A stretch of DNA of 64,000 bases from Zygnema circumcarinatum SAG 698-1b. Taxonomy: Eukaryota > Plantae > Zygnematophyceae. The position numbers and the translations under genes are program-made. The notes beneath the pieces are model-generated. The model did not search any database and had not been told where the DNA came from. It saw only the letters and a list, made by a program, of their open reading frames with translations. Of the stretch, positions 1 to 13,637 are shown piece after piece (position 1 is the stretch's first letter; every line of letters begins with the position of its first letter). The stretch spans positions 310,001 to 374,000 of the forward strand of contig CM074804.1 of NCBI GenBank assembly GCA_037447605.1, given 5' to 3'.

Positions 1-51
1 AGGGGAGAGAGGGCTAGCAAGGGAGCTTAGCAGTTTCCTGCGCACGTGCAG

Positions 52-3000
52 AGTGCTCCGCTCCAATCCGTTGGGAGGACCCATTCCCGAAAACATCGGC
101 GATTTGAGCAGACTGTTCGTTTTGTAAGGGCCTCGTCCCGAAGCTTGGACTTGAGACACATTGACATTCAAAAATATTACACCCTTAGCCCTCGGAAGCT
201 GTAAGGTTTACCATAAAAAACTGGCTCGAAACGAGTCATGCCCTTAAGAAGAGCAGTTCTCGCATCTTCTGTGGCTCCAACGCATGCTCAGTTTGACAAT
301 TTTTTTGAAGTGGGTTTATTTTTTGGTCTCAGAGACCTCCGAAGTTGCCAATTAAACGGAACTATCCCGAGGAGCTTGGGCAACATATCCGGACTGCTGA
401 CTGTGTAAGCTCTCTCTCTCTCTCTCTCTCCCCCCCTTCCTCTCTCACCCTTTCTCTCTCCCCTCCTCTCTCTTTCTCTCTCTAACTCTCTTTTTCTCGC
501 TTTCTCTCTCTCTCGTGCGCATGAAACACATGGTGCCCGTAAGATGTAAATGCTTGAGATTAGATAGTGACATTTTTAGAGTTTTGAGGGCGTTAAAAGC
601 TCCTTTCAAACCTCCTCTCGAGGGATGCAGAGCTGCTTAGGGCTATCTTTGATTTTGAAGATTCGGATTTTTTTTTTAGTCGTTTCGAGTTCTACTTTTT
701 TGGAGGTGATGATTTCAAATTTTTCATTCTTGATTGCGAATTTTATTCGGGGGTTGAAAATCAGGGAACTTTCAATGAACCAGTTGACGGGAACTATCCC
801 GACGGAGTTCGGGCAGTGCAAGAAACTCGAAAAATTGTATGTGTTATTTATTCCCCGCAATTCTCACTAATTCATTTCACACCTCATTTCTATTGGTTTC
901 CCTTTCTAGAGGGAGAGAGAGTCATCAACATTGAACGCTTCATCCTAACAAAAATTAACTAACAATAACGATAACAAGGGCTGGGGAATGGAAAGTTAAA
1001 CAAGTCAATAGAATCTCAGTGTTTTGTGGAAAAATTCCCACTAATAGTGTGGTTTGGGGTTTGTCCGCGCTCGCAGAAGCATGCACAACAATCAGCTCAC
1101 AGGCGAGATTCCAACGTCGCTCGCAGAACTACCCGAGCTCCTTCGGCTGTACGTCTCTCTCTCTCTCTCTCCATCTCTCTCTCTCTGTCTCCCCCCCCCC
1201 CTCTCTCCATCTCACTCTCTCTCTCTCCCCCTCCCCCTCCCCCTCCCAAGCCATTGGTAGCCATTGACGGTATTGCAGGGACCTCCACTCCAACCAGCTC
1301 CAAGGGAGGCCCCCGTCCAACTTCATCTCCTCCATTTACATCGTGTAAGCAGTTTGGCCTTTAGAACTGGAACTGAATTTGAAGGGAAAACGGAACTGAG
1401 AAAGGAAACGGAAATGAAACTGTACCTGTAAAGGAAAGGACCTGTTGAGTCGGAACTGACGGAAAAGTGACCAACAGATGCAGAAATGTCGGATGAAACG
1501 GAAACTAAAACTGAAACTGCAACAAGGTGGGACCTAAAGCTGACAAGGATCCTGACCCGAACATCAATTGTCTTTTTGTTTTTGTTCTCTTTCTTAAAAA
1601 TGTGGTCCAGAGATGTAGGAGATAACAATCTGACCGGAGAAATAGGGCCCATAACGAAGGGTTACGATTCCTCGCTTCAAATTGTGTGAGTATTCCCTCT
1701 TTTTGCGGGAAAATCCCCAGTCTCGAACTCAAAAATAAGTAAAGAAGTACAATAAAAACTGCTTTTTGCATTGTTTTGAACTCCTTTGGGGTGTAAATAT
1801 TCTTCGCAGAAACTTGAGCAACAACAATTTGCCGGGTCCCATCCCGGACTCCGTCTCCAGTCTGACGAAACAGAGCTCCAACTTTGTGTTGGAGTACGGA
1901 ACTCCTCTCGCCCATACAGTATTGAACTGTTGCTTGCTGGGATGGGAAGGGGGGAGAGAGGGAAGGGAGACGAACGGGAGCAGAATAGCGGGAGAGAGAG
2001 GGAAGCGAGAGGGAGGGAGAGAGGAGAGAGGGGAGAGAGACAGAAGAGAGGGAGGGAAAGGAGACGAGGAGGAGCAGAAAAGTGGAAGAAAAAGCGGGGA
2101 TGGATGATAAAGCGACGAGGAAGTGAGAGGGAGGGAGTGGGGAGAGAGGGGAGCGAGAGAGAAGGGAGACGAGGGGGGGCAGAAAAGCGGGAGGGACAGC
2201 GAAGAGAGATTGGAAAGGGACCGAGGAGGGAGTGGGGAGAGAGTGGCGGACAAGGGGAGAGCGGTAGATCAGAGTGGGAGGAGAGAGCAGTGAGTGTAGA
2301 GGAGTGAAGGATAAGCTATATGACAGATGAGATATGATATGCTCATTATGTGAACCTAAAGCGTGTAAACAACTCATCAGTACTGAATATTTTACCTATT
2401 TCTCACCATTTTCTTGAACTTTTCAAACCCCCAAAACTCCCCTCACCCCAATTGTTGTGTACTTACTTTTTTTTTTTTTTTTCAAAATTTCAAATGTTAG
2501 ACTTGCAGGCAACCCTCTCTGCCTGAACCTCTCCCGCAGTCCGTACTGCCGGTCCATGAACCTGAGCACATCCTATGCAGCCTCTCCCACATGCTCCCCC
2601 ACCCCCCCCTGCTCTGCCAATGAGTATCCCAATCCCTATATTTATAATGTTTCCCAAAATTGCGAGTGTTCTCGGCCTTTAACGGCGAGTGTAGTTCTTT
2701 TCAACCCCCTTCTCGTGATTTTAACTCCGAATATTGTAAAGCAATTCGAATTCGATTTCGCAAATATGCTCAATATGGACCAACACCAGGTATTATCTCC
2801 CCCCTTCACTCCCCTTTTCTTCGTTTGCTTGGGTATGGGGTGTGGGAGGGGAGTACACTTCTTCTCCCCCTCATTCTCTCTCTCTCCCCCTCTCCCCCAC
2901 TCTCTCTCTCCCTCTCACACCTCCCCACCCCTCTCTCTCTCTCTCTCTCTCGCTCTCTCTCCTTTGCCTTCACTTCTCTCTCACAGGTGTGGGTGGATTC

Positions 3001-4327
3001 CTTCTCCTTGGCACCCTCTAACATATGGAAAATATCCCTAAAGATTTTTCCAAATAGTTCGGGTATTTGGAATCCAAGCGGGGTCAGTTTCATCATAAAG
3101 AATGCGCGAAGGAGGCAAGTGAGCAGAATTTTCGGAATGCTCGATGTGCAGACGGAGAACTATGTTTATTCCACATCGGCCCCCCTCCCTCCTCCTCCTC
3201 CTCCTCCCCCTCCAACCCCACAAGGTTACCTGCTTAACTCTTACAGATTTCGATGGATAATGGTTGATTTTTATAATTTCTACAGTTTCGGGCCTTTCAA
3301 AGATTTGGAATGCACAGTATATACGGTTTTGGTTGGGGCTTCTAAAATTTCATTTTCCGTTTTTTCCAGTTTCTGCTCTTTGAAGAGGGCAACAAAAATT
3401 GAAAAAGGCTGACTGGTTTTGACTTTATCCAAAGAGAAGAAGCTCTTTGTTTGTACATTCAACAGATGAAGGCACTGTATTTTATCTCTCATTTTTTTTT
3501 TTTTTTTTTTGTTTGTTTATGCAGACCCGTCCTCCTCCAACATCGCCACATGGCTGCCCGTTGTTTTAGTCATTTGTTTATTAGTTATCGCAGTTTTCAT
3601 AGTCGTAGCTCTACGCAGAAAAGCTTTCCTTGTTGGAAGGTTTGCAAAAGGTGAGGGTCCCATGTTTTTACAGCTTTTTGGAATCACTTATCTATCTCTC
3701 TCTCTTTTCTGTCTCTCTTCCTATCTCTCTCTCCCTCCCTCGCTCTCTCTCTCTCGCTTTCTCTCTCTCTCTTCTTTATTCTGCAGTCATGGTTGCATGA
3801 AATGCCGCCATACCTCATCGCTTCTTGGATCTTTCCCTCTCCCTCCTCTTTTCCTCTCCCTGCTTTTCCTTCTCCCTCTCTCTATTCCTCTCCTCCTCCC
3901 CCTCCCTTTCTTTCACCTATGTCGGATTTTGAAACTTCTAGCATTTAGTCTGTGGTAAAAATCTTTTCAAAGCTTGCATTTTTCACCTTGGTCATTTCAG
4001 TAAAGCTCGTGCTTGCAGAAATTTGAGTATACGTGAAATTTTATCTTATTTTCATGATTCTCTTTTCTATTTTTAACGCAGAATCCATGTGCATGCTTGG
4101 GATGCCTTTGCAGAGCGTGAGTTCAAGACCAAAACCACGCAAAATTTCACAGAATGCTTTTCCTTGACGGAAATCATTGAAGCTACTGAAAATTTCCACC
4201 CCGCCAACAAGTTGGGAGAAGGAGGGTACGGAGTGGTGTACCGCGGGAGGGGCAGGGAGGGGGAGGTGTGGGCCGTCAAAAGGGCCAAAAAGACGAACCA
4301 GAAGAGCTTGCTGGCCTTCCAGAAGGA

Positions 4328-4404
<77 letters not shown>

Positions 4405-4756
4405 GAGAGGATCCGGACTGGTAGGCGTGATATTGAAGGGAGAGCTCTCCCTCTCTCTCTCCCTCTGTCTCGCTGTCTCTCTCTCTCTGGCTCCCTCCCC
4501 TTCTCTCCCTCTCCGCCCTTTTTTCTCTCTCCCCCATTCTTTCCCTCCTCATCTCTCCCTCTCCCTCCCTCTCCCTCCCTCTCCCTCCCTCTCCCTCTCT
4601 CCCTCTCTCTCTCCCGCGAGGGGCGCAGGTGGAGGCCATTTCCCGCATGAGCCACCTCCACCTGCTGCAGCTGCTCGGCTTCTGCGATGAGGGAGGAGAG
4701 CAGATTCTCGTCTACGACTTCATGCCCAACGGCACCCTCCGGAGCCACCTCCGCCA

Positions 4757-4814
<58 letters not shown>

Positions 4815-5488
4815 TCTCTACTACTCTCTCTCTTGCTCTCTCTCCTTCTCCTCCCGCTTCCAGGGCTTTCTCTCGCTCTCTCTATCTACCTGTTTGCTCC
4901 CTCCCCTCTCGCTTTATCTCTCTCGCCCCTCCCTTTCACTTTCACTTGCTCGTGCCCTCCATTTCTGTATTATCTTCCATTCTCCCTCTCCCTTCCCCCT
5001 TTTTAATTCTCCCCTCTCTCTTTCCCCCTCTCCCACAGCCCCACCTCCCCCTCTTCACCGGGTCTGTGCCCCTACCCCCTCCCCTCCGCAGGCAAGTGCG
5101 CGCTGCCCTTCGCGGTGCGCGTGCAGTGCGCTGTGGGCGTAGCGAGCGCGCTGCATTACCTGCACAGCTTCGCGGAGCCGCCCGTTGTGCACCGCGACGT
5201 CAAGTCCGAGAACATTCTCCTCGACGACGACATGCAGGTCTGCCGCCCGCCCCATGCATGCACATGCATGGGAGGGGGAGTCTCCAGCCAACCCTAAGCA
5301 TGAAGGCATCCTCTCGTCGTTGTGAGCAACGGTTGCAAGTGTTTGGCTGCAGGCGAAGCTGGCGGACTTCGGCCTGCTCAAGGACCTTCACGGCGACCAC
5401 GCCATGGCCACCCGCGTGGCAGGCACGCCGGGATACCTCGATCCGGAATACCTTTGCACCTATGAAGTCACTGCGAAAAGCGATGTCT

Positions 5489-5526
<38 letters not shown>

Positions 5527-6295
5527 GAAGGCTGATCAGGACCAGATTTGATTGCTGTTATTAGATTCCGTGTACAAAAATTTCATAAGGCGGATTTGAT
5601 CCGAACGCTTCCGATTGCTGGCTTTAGGTCGTCTTGAAGACGTTTTAGGGTTGGTCTGCTCCTTGCAGCTTCGGAGTGGTGCTGCTCGAGCTTCTGTCGG
5701 GACAGCCCCCGCTGTTGGAGCAGACGGCTTCAGGAGAAGGATTCTTGAGCATAGTTGCATGGGTGAGCCCTAAACCCCCCTCTCTTCTTTCCTCCCTCCT
5801 CTCTCTTCTCCCCCCTTCCCTCTTCTCCTCTCTACTCTCCTCCCCTCCCCCCCCCCCCTCCTCTCTTCTTTTCTCTTCTCCCCCCCTCCCTCTCCCCCGT
5901 TCACCGATCCACTGTCCCTGTGTGATTAACAGGCCAAAAGACCTGAAAATGTGGCCAACGTGGTGGCCCTAATCGACCCGCGACTGACCGAAGAAGTTCC
6001 GCAAGAAGCCGCCGCCGCCCTGGCAGACCTCTCTCGCAAATGTACGGCACCAATCGGAAGGCAGAGACCCGACATGGCGGAGGTTACCGGGAAGCTTCTG
6101 GAAATTCAGAACATGGTCCGGGCGGAGGCGGCCAAGAGGAGGGACTCCATAGAGGCCTCCGGAGCAGTCGCTGCTTCAGATTCCACGGAAACCACGAGCA
6201 TCGATGATGCGCCGAATCCTCCTTCCAGAAGCTGCTTGTCTACGCCAACGCTTGAGTTCAATTGTTGGATCGGAAAGAGTCTGGAAACTTCGTGA
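52..6295 (+). CDS. LRR receptor-like kinase, LRR-VIII-1 (HPCA1/CARD1-like) architecture; 5' part lies outside the window
   Basis: Hand-spliced GT-AG exons: 52-123, 333-404, 765-836, 1077-1148 (each 72 nt, one LRR, e.g. [24 protein letters not shown]), 1611-1685, 1810-1893, 2501-2789 (LAGNPLC...C..C..CEC Cys-rich ectodomain), 2987-3224, 3525-3650 (TM: [21 protein letters not shown]), 4114-4328 ([16 protein letters not shown]), 4629-4761, 5092-5237 ([11 protein letters not shown]), 5353-5492 ([17 protein letters not shown]), 5669-5762, 5933-6295 (stop). Phases are consistent throughout. Confidence 0.93.
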
Positions 6296-9200
6296 GCGAG
6301 TGGACGCTCGCTCACGAAGTTTTTTTATTGTTATATGTCTTTAGATATTTTTAATTACGGATCGATGATGGTGGGGTCTTTGCTCCTCGATAAGTGCTCT
6401 TGATCTTTGATTAGTAATGTTGAGTCTTGAATCCAGGATCGTTGATCTTTGATTGTAGATCATTGATCCTGGATCATCCCTTGTGGATCAGGCAGTTGTA
6501 AGTAGCAACAACTGTGGATCAGCACTGCTCTGACAAGGGGTTGGCCTTTGATAGAGTAGGTCTTAGAGAGGGCCTTTTTTGTCTCAACTTCTTTTCCTGG
6601 TAGACAATGTAGCCCTCACGTCCTATGCGGCAGGCCTTGTTGGGTTCAGAATTAGGGCTTTGTGGGCTCTAGGAGGAAGGAATGGAACTAACTGGCGATT
6701 AAATTTAGAGTGAAAGTTACTTCAAAAAAGAAATGCTTTACAATTCAATAATAAGGGGAAGTCGTTGTTTCTATGATCGATGTATGGCTTCATTCGTTTA
6801 TTTTATTTTATTTACCTTTGATTTCTTTTCAAGTGAATTCGATCACGTTTTCAAAGTTAGTTTCTGGCTCTTTTCCCTCCCGTTCCATGCGGTTCTGCTC
6901 CGTTCCAACCATTCAACTTTATCCCGTTCTGTTCTGTTCTGTTCGCCCTCCGTTCAGTTCTGCGACCGCGGGGGTCGCACCTCCATATTGCGACGTGGTC
7001 CCGCCCTATCCCATAGTGCGACCGTTATGTGACAATTTTGCGACCGTTGTGCGACCGAATCAGCCAGCGATCACGAACCGCAACAATCGTCCATACAATA
7101 CATAGCGTTACAGTACAACATCTCGATACGATATATCGTACTGCAGGAACGTTACTTTATCAGGGGTCAAATTTTTCCAAAGAGGCCGTTCCTATGTGGC
7201 CTAATAACGCCGATAAACTCATTGGATACATTGGAGGCACAGCCCATAACTCAGGCTGCTCTCCCCCTCCGGCCGGCCATGGCGGCCTCAGCGCTCGGCT
7301 GGCAGGGAAGACTGGCAGGAGGGCCTTCCTCGGAGACAGCCACGTGGCAGTACGGAAATGGCTGGGCCACTCAGAGAGCGCCACATGGAAGTCTTAAGAC
7401 GTATACTCTGCGGCATTCTGTAGGCTCAAGGAGGCGTGACTTAAACGAAGTTTCTCTTCTAAGGTTTGAGAAATGCAGGCGCTGCGTAGTAACGCCTTGC
7501 GCAAGTGAAGCGAATGAGATTGCAAGTAAGCGGAGGAAACCAAAAACCCAAAACACGAATCTGAAACTGACACTGAAACTGGAACTGAGAAACTGTTGGA
7601 ATCTCAAAATCTATTACAAAGGATTGGAAGCTTTTTTTTTTTTTAGTCAGGGAGAACTCTTAAGGCTGTTACTTGGGGGGCCAGGAATTGCGTCGGGTGA
7701 CGTGACAATCACTCTGAACCAATTGGAGGCCTTCCTAGAGGAGGATGCGGAGCTTCGAGAGGCTCTAGTGGGGTATGCTCGTCCTTTTATTGCAGGAAAA
7801 ATTATGGTGCACGTGGACGGTATTGAGATTCAAAACAGATTAAAAAAATAAGCTATTTTATCGAAATGTTGCATTCGTGGAAGCTGAAGAAAGTGGCTAC
7901 TGAATCAAGGAGATGGAGGGGGAAGAGCGGGTGTGGTATGGAGGGAGAGGGGAAGAAAAACGGAGAGTGGGGGAGAAGGAGATGGGGAGGGAGAGACAGA
8001 GGGCCCTATTGTGGCATAGTGGTAGCTTTGCCTTTAATGGAAGTCAATGAAATAACCCTAACATAGATCGACGAACATGCTGTGCGAGGGGTGGAAAACC
8101 AGGAAATTACCTGAGGGGGAGGATTCGGTGGCAGTGATTAGGCGTAATCTCTCTCTACTCCCTCCCTCCTTCCTCCCTCCCTCCCTCTCTCACACTTGCT
8201 TTGAGCTGTCGCTCCAAATGTAAAGTTACTATGGAACTTTCTGTTTATTGTTGGGCATAACTGTAAATCCTTCACATCAGAAGTGGCATTGATTTCACAT
8301 CCGTTGCTTTCACGCTGGACCCCACGTTGTCATATCAACTCCCCATCACGTCCTATAACGTCACCTTATGTTGCAGCATGGCATCAGCAATGGAAATAGT
8401 TTCGGAAAAAATTGCTAACCTTTTTTTGTGTGGCTTAAAATGTAAAGTCTGTCTATAAGTATTTGTATTTTGCTGATAGGTTCCTGCTTAGCTCGTAGCT
8501 TATACGGGTGTGGAAGTGCAGGATGGCTCCAACAGCCGGAGATGCGAAATGAGTTGGAGGGAATGTTGTGAGTCTCCTCCCCACCCTCATTCTCGCCCTC
8601 ACCTTCCTCCCTCCAATCGTCACTCCCGCCCCTCCCTAGCTCCCTCTCTCTTTCCCCCCCCTCCATCCCTCGCTCTCTCCCTCCCTCCCACTCTTCCTCC
8701 CTCCCGCCCCCCCTAGCTCCCTCCTCCTTCCCTCCCTCCCTCCCTCGCTCCCTTCCTCCCTCCCTCTCTCTCTCCCCTTGGTTAGCTGAGACCATGTATG
8801 CCCGTGTGGTGCTCTGGTGGGCCTACAGAGAGGACTTTGCCCAAGAAAGAAGAGGGCATCTCGCAGAGTTTGATTCAATTCTCGACACGTTTGAAGTCAG
8901 CTCTTGTGAAGTTACGGCAGTCATTAGTGAGTCGCAGCCGCTTCGCCACAAAAAAGCAAATCTCTATTCTCCCCCCTTCCCCCTTCGTCATTTTCATTCT
9001 CCTAACCAAGCAACCAATTTCCTTTCGTGTAGATTGCCGAAAGGGCAAACCAGAAGATAAAGTTTATGGCCATTAAATCTTCCTGAAGAGTTTAGGCTTT
9101 CTAGAGTTTTTGAGTGGTTTCAACCCCCTTTATCAATTGACCTATTCGGGTACAAATGGGTGCTGGGCGCAGACAATTTGAATGTGACGCAGGAAAAGTT

Positions 9201-10365
9201 GGAGCGACTACTGAAGGGTCCGAACATGTGAACGGGAAACCTGTTCTATGCAGGAATGGTAGAGAGGTAGAGAGTGCCATTTAGCAGTGTACTGCAAATA
9301 AGAGGAGCATTTTAGCATGCACTTTAGTAGAGTACCTTCCTAAGGAAATCTCATTTATGCTTGTTCCCTAAATTTTTTGCCATTTGCGTTGTTTCAAAAT
9401 CGATTTCTATAGTTTTTGACTGACCCAACTGAGAACCAACCCAACTCCCCGTCTCCCCGTCTCCCCGTCTCCCCCTCTCCCCCTCTCCCCCTCTCCNNNN
9501 NNNNNNCTCCCCCCGTTCTCTTTCCTCTCCTTCCGTCTGCCTTTCCCTCTTGCACTCTCTCCTCCTCTCTTCGTCCGCCCCTTCCCTTCCCCCCTCCTTT
9601 CCCACCTACCCATCCCAAATCCCCATCCTCGCTCTCTTCCCTTCGTCTCCCCGACCACCCCCCCCCGGTCTTACAATCTCTCTACTTTCGTCCGGGCCTC
9701 GGCCGCCCCCTGCTCTGACGACATTTCGATTCTGGCTGCAGGGACGGGGTTTCGAACAAAAACATAATAAAGCAATTCATCACTCCCTCTTCAACTGCCC
9801 CTCAACCCACTCAAACTCCCACTGCCCTTCCATTGACTTAACGTCGTGATGGTCCATCCACAAGAATATCGTCAACTAAGTAGGCACCTTTTACGAACAT
9901 GCCACCAGGCCTCGACTTCAGGTAGCTTAGAAGCTCAGCAAATGATCGAGGGGAGCTCATCCCATCAAAAGTGTGCGTCCCTTTCTCAGTGTCATTGGTC
10001 AATGAAAATCTCACCCTCTATACACCACCGCTAAAGGACGAATTAAAAATAAAATTATGATGCAAAAAATCGATGTGTCTAAAGCCGGAAAGACTGTACT
10101 CACAGGTGTAATTATTTTCTTTGAACAATTCGCTTGCCTGAAGAAAATCTACATTTCCAAGCTGGTTATTACATTATAGTAGCATTGTACGCTAAGTAAC
10201 TTTGCACGAGTTTGTACCCACCCCAAAAGAATCCCTTGTATGCTTATGAATATGTGGGCCCTACATCTTAAATCAACCACGCACGATGAGGCCCACCAAT
10301 CGAGAAACCCTCTCTCCCTCGCTGCCTCTCTCTTCACTCCCTCCACAAGTGGCGTTTGAGAGCAT

Positions 10366-12484
10366 TTAGTGTTCATGTTTGTACGCATGCTGCCAAATCA
10401 GTTAACCTTCTTTTCCTGCACTCCACCCAATGAAAAAAAGATAGTGAAAAAAAAAAGAAAATGGAAAGGACTTGTGCCCTTAACTTCATGACTGTGAAAA
10501 AAAGAATGAATGGAAGTGGGAGAAGGGAGGAGAAAGGCGAGCACTCCTTAATACGATACACTTAACTTCGCAAGGGAAATTATTCTCTCCACGACGAAAA
10601 TGGAGAAGCAAACTAGCAAGGAATAAAGGCAGAGAGCGAGATCAGAGGGAAGGAAAATGAGCACCTTGGCCTGCAGACCCTTCTTGAAGCGGAAACCCTG
10701 CAAGACATGGAAGCACAAAATTCGATGCCTTAGTTTGAATGCTGAACGAGAAGGATAAGCACGAGGAGTAGGAGGAGAGAGTGGAAGGGAGAGGGAGAGG
10801 GAGAGAGTGAGAGGGGGAGAGCGGGGGAGACGGACAGGGAGGGGGAGAGGGAAGGGGAAGAAGGGAGGGAAAGAGGGGGAGAGAGAGAGAGAGGGGGGGT
10901 GGAACGGGGAAGGTGGGAAGGTGGAAGGAGAGACGGTGGAGTGTCGGAAGAAACAAAGGTGAGAGCGAGGAAAGGGAAATGAGGCCAAAAGAGAGGAAGT
11001 GAATGTCAGAACTTCAGAAGCGAAAAGGAAAGCACTGCCGGTTTTTGACGTATATTTCTTCAGATTACTAAAGAATGCAAAAAAGAAGGAGAAAAAAAGT
11101 TCTGCCCAGAAAAAAAAGGCCAATCAACTGACCTTATCCGTTCCGTACAGCCAATCACAGTAAGTGAACACTGACGCAAAATTTCCTTTGCTCTGACCGC
11201 CCACAAGGTGATGATAGTCGTGGTACTCCGCACCTCCATAGAATGGTATGAGCTTTGTTGGGCTCCATGGGAAGTCGTACCTGCACGGCCCAACATGGCA
11301 ATATTCATGCAAAGAATGTGGTAACCTTGTATCACTGTAATGAAAACATAGCCATAGTATAACTTCAACCTGTCGATTCACTGATTCTCCTCTTTCAGCC
11401 TACACCGTCCGAGAACCCAACCACCAGAACTCCTAAATTCACACTCATCCTAAACCACCAACTTCTGAATCCCAGATCCCCACCCCCACAACCCAAATCC
11501 CCTGAAACCCCAAAAAATACCCAAAAACCCGACAAACACAACAACCCTAACCTCTCCAGAAGCCTTCTCTCTCCCTCCCTCCCTCAATCCCTCCCTCCCT
11601 CCCTCCCCTCTCCCTCCCTCCCTCTCTCCCTCCCTCCCTCACCCGCTGTGCGTGTCGATGGCCTCCCAGGTGCGCAGCAGAATCCAGGCCCACATGGTGA
11701 TGACGTGGCACTGCACGATGGCGGGCCCCACAAAGGAGGGGATCCCTAACACGAGGACCTCCGCCCAGTGCGCATAGGAGGCTGCCACGCCCATGGGCGT
11801 GCTGAACTCGTGGTGCTTGTAGTGAATGTGGTCGTACAGCCAGCCCACGTGCATCCAGCGGTGCAGCCAGTAGTTGCCGTAGTCCTCCACTAGGAAGAAC
11901 ACCGCCAGCTGGAGGCCCATCACGGGAAGGGACGGCAGGGGGAGCGCGCCCGTGATGCCGGCCAGCTACGGGGGAGAGGGGACCAGGGGGCAGAATTTAG
12001 GGTTTAAAGACAGTCTAGGGGGCATAAGGGTGAAGCTTTAGGGTGCAGAATTGGGCGTTCTGAAAGGGAGAGACGAAAGCAGCTACTTTAAAAGCCCTCG
12101 TTTAATCAAAAAATTTCCTCTGTTTCAAACTCTTTATTTTTCACTCACCTTAAAGAAGGGATACGACAAGAACTGCAGGGGGCCCACGGTGGCGATTATC
12201 GTCATCATGACGTCAGCCAAACACTGCCACGTGGCGGCCGGCGTGTTGTACGCTGCCGTCTGTATGCGGTACTGCTCGAAGAAGGGCAGCCGGAGGCGGT
12301 CCAAGAGGACGTACGGAAGGCTGGCGAGGGGGTAGAAGACGAGCAGCAGCAGCACCGTGAGGCAGTACAGCTGGAAGTCCGACATGCTGCCCGCGAGCGC
12401 GAGCCAGAGCCGCTCCATGCCGCGCAGGGGGATGCCGCCCTGCCCGGCGCTGATGTCGGCCATGGCGGCGGTGACGTTGGCCAT
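10366..12484 (-). CDS. SMO1: Sterol 4-alpha-methyl oxidase (fatty acid hydroxylase superfamily), SMO1 type
   Basis: Exons 12484-12149, 11965-11643, 11280-11133, 10697-10665 and a probable last exon 10389-10366 (HAYKHEH*). His boxes HRWMH, HYKHH and HDYHH; YDFPWSPTKLIPFYGGAEYHDYHH...NFASVFTYCD matches plant SMO1. The last exon is less certain. Confidence 0.92.
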
Positions 12485-13637
12485 GGCGGACGAAAGTTCA
12501 GGCAGAGGGAAAGAGTGCGAGAGAGAGACAGTGATGTGGGGGAAGGAGAGAGAGGAGGAGAGGCAGGCACGCGCGTGCGTGCGCGGAGCAGCGGCCAGAG
12601 GGGAGGGGCCGAACGGTTCTGTGTCCTTCCGTACGGCTGCTGGCCAGACCTGGCGCACGCGACTCCATGAGTCCGACTCGCAGTTCCGTTACGATTGCTG
12701 CCAGCCGCCGGCCAATCTGCGACGCGCCGAACTTGTCACGTGGCGCGCGCAGTGCGTGCCACGATTCCGAATGACAACAGGTCCGTACAAGGGACTTTTG
12801 GAGTTTTATATTTCAGAATTAGAACGTTCTAATATCTAAAGGTTTCAGAAAAGTTTTCAATCCTTTTCAGAATGGTTTTTACGACCGTTGAAATTGAACT
12901 GCACGTCGTAAACAGGGGGTATTGGAGTGAGCGCACTCTGACCGTCCGATCGTGCCGCCGAGTGCATCGAACAGCCCCGAAACGCGCCAAATGCCCAATC
13001 GCCACCGACCGCCCGATTGCCTTCGAACCATTTCCAGCCGTCCGATAGCTCTCAATGGTTCCGTCGAAGAACTCCAAGACATATCGTTTCCATGTTCACA
13101 TTTGTTAAGCGGCGCGCGTGACAGGGCGTAAACCGCCCAAGCGTAGCGTAGCGTGACGTGGCGGGACGTGACCCAGCGTGACGTGGATACTGCGCGCCAG
13201 CCCGTGCATGCATGCGATGAGCTCGACCGGCGGAGGCCCTCACTCCGCGACAACGGCTGTTGGCGCCGTCGTCATTTCAACAGCCTTTTTAACGCAAATG
13301 ATGCATGTGATGCATTGTGGAGGACACGTACGGATAAAAGTTCATTTCATTCAACACAAAAAAGAGAACCGAAAAGACATAACCATGAACGCGACTTTGC
13401 CAACTTGCGGACACGGGCGAACTTCCATTAGAACGAGAATTGACATTTACAAGAGAGAGAGCGAGAAAGAGTCGCCTGCATTCACGTCGTTGTAAACGCA
13501 GCGGCTGCAACGCATGCATGCACATGCAACTCGTTGAACGGACCGTTGAACTTGCCGCCTACCAGAGCCACTACTACCACTACTACTGCTGCTGCTACCC
13601 CATTTCCTTCCCTCCCCCCACCTCCCCCTGCTGCCCT

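Noticed and set aside
1500-2380. Many long ORFs in the track rich in S/L/P or E/R/G (e.g. 1505..2377, 23594..25066, 43008..43805, 57802..58551)
   Set aside because: They are translations of CT/GA intron tracts or antisense shadows of real genes, with no domain motifs.
5039-5061. Micro-exon in the RLK kinase domain
   Set aside because: The flanking exons (ending 4761, starting 5092) already join in phase with sensible sequence.
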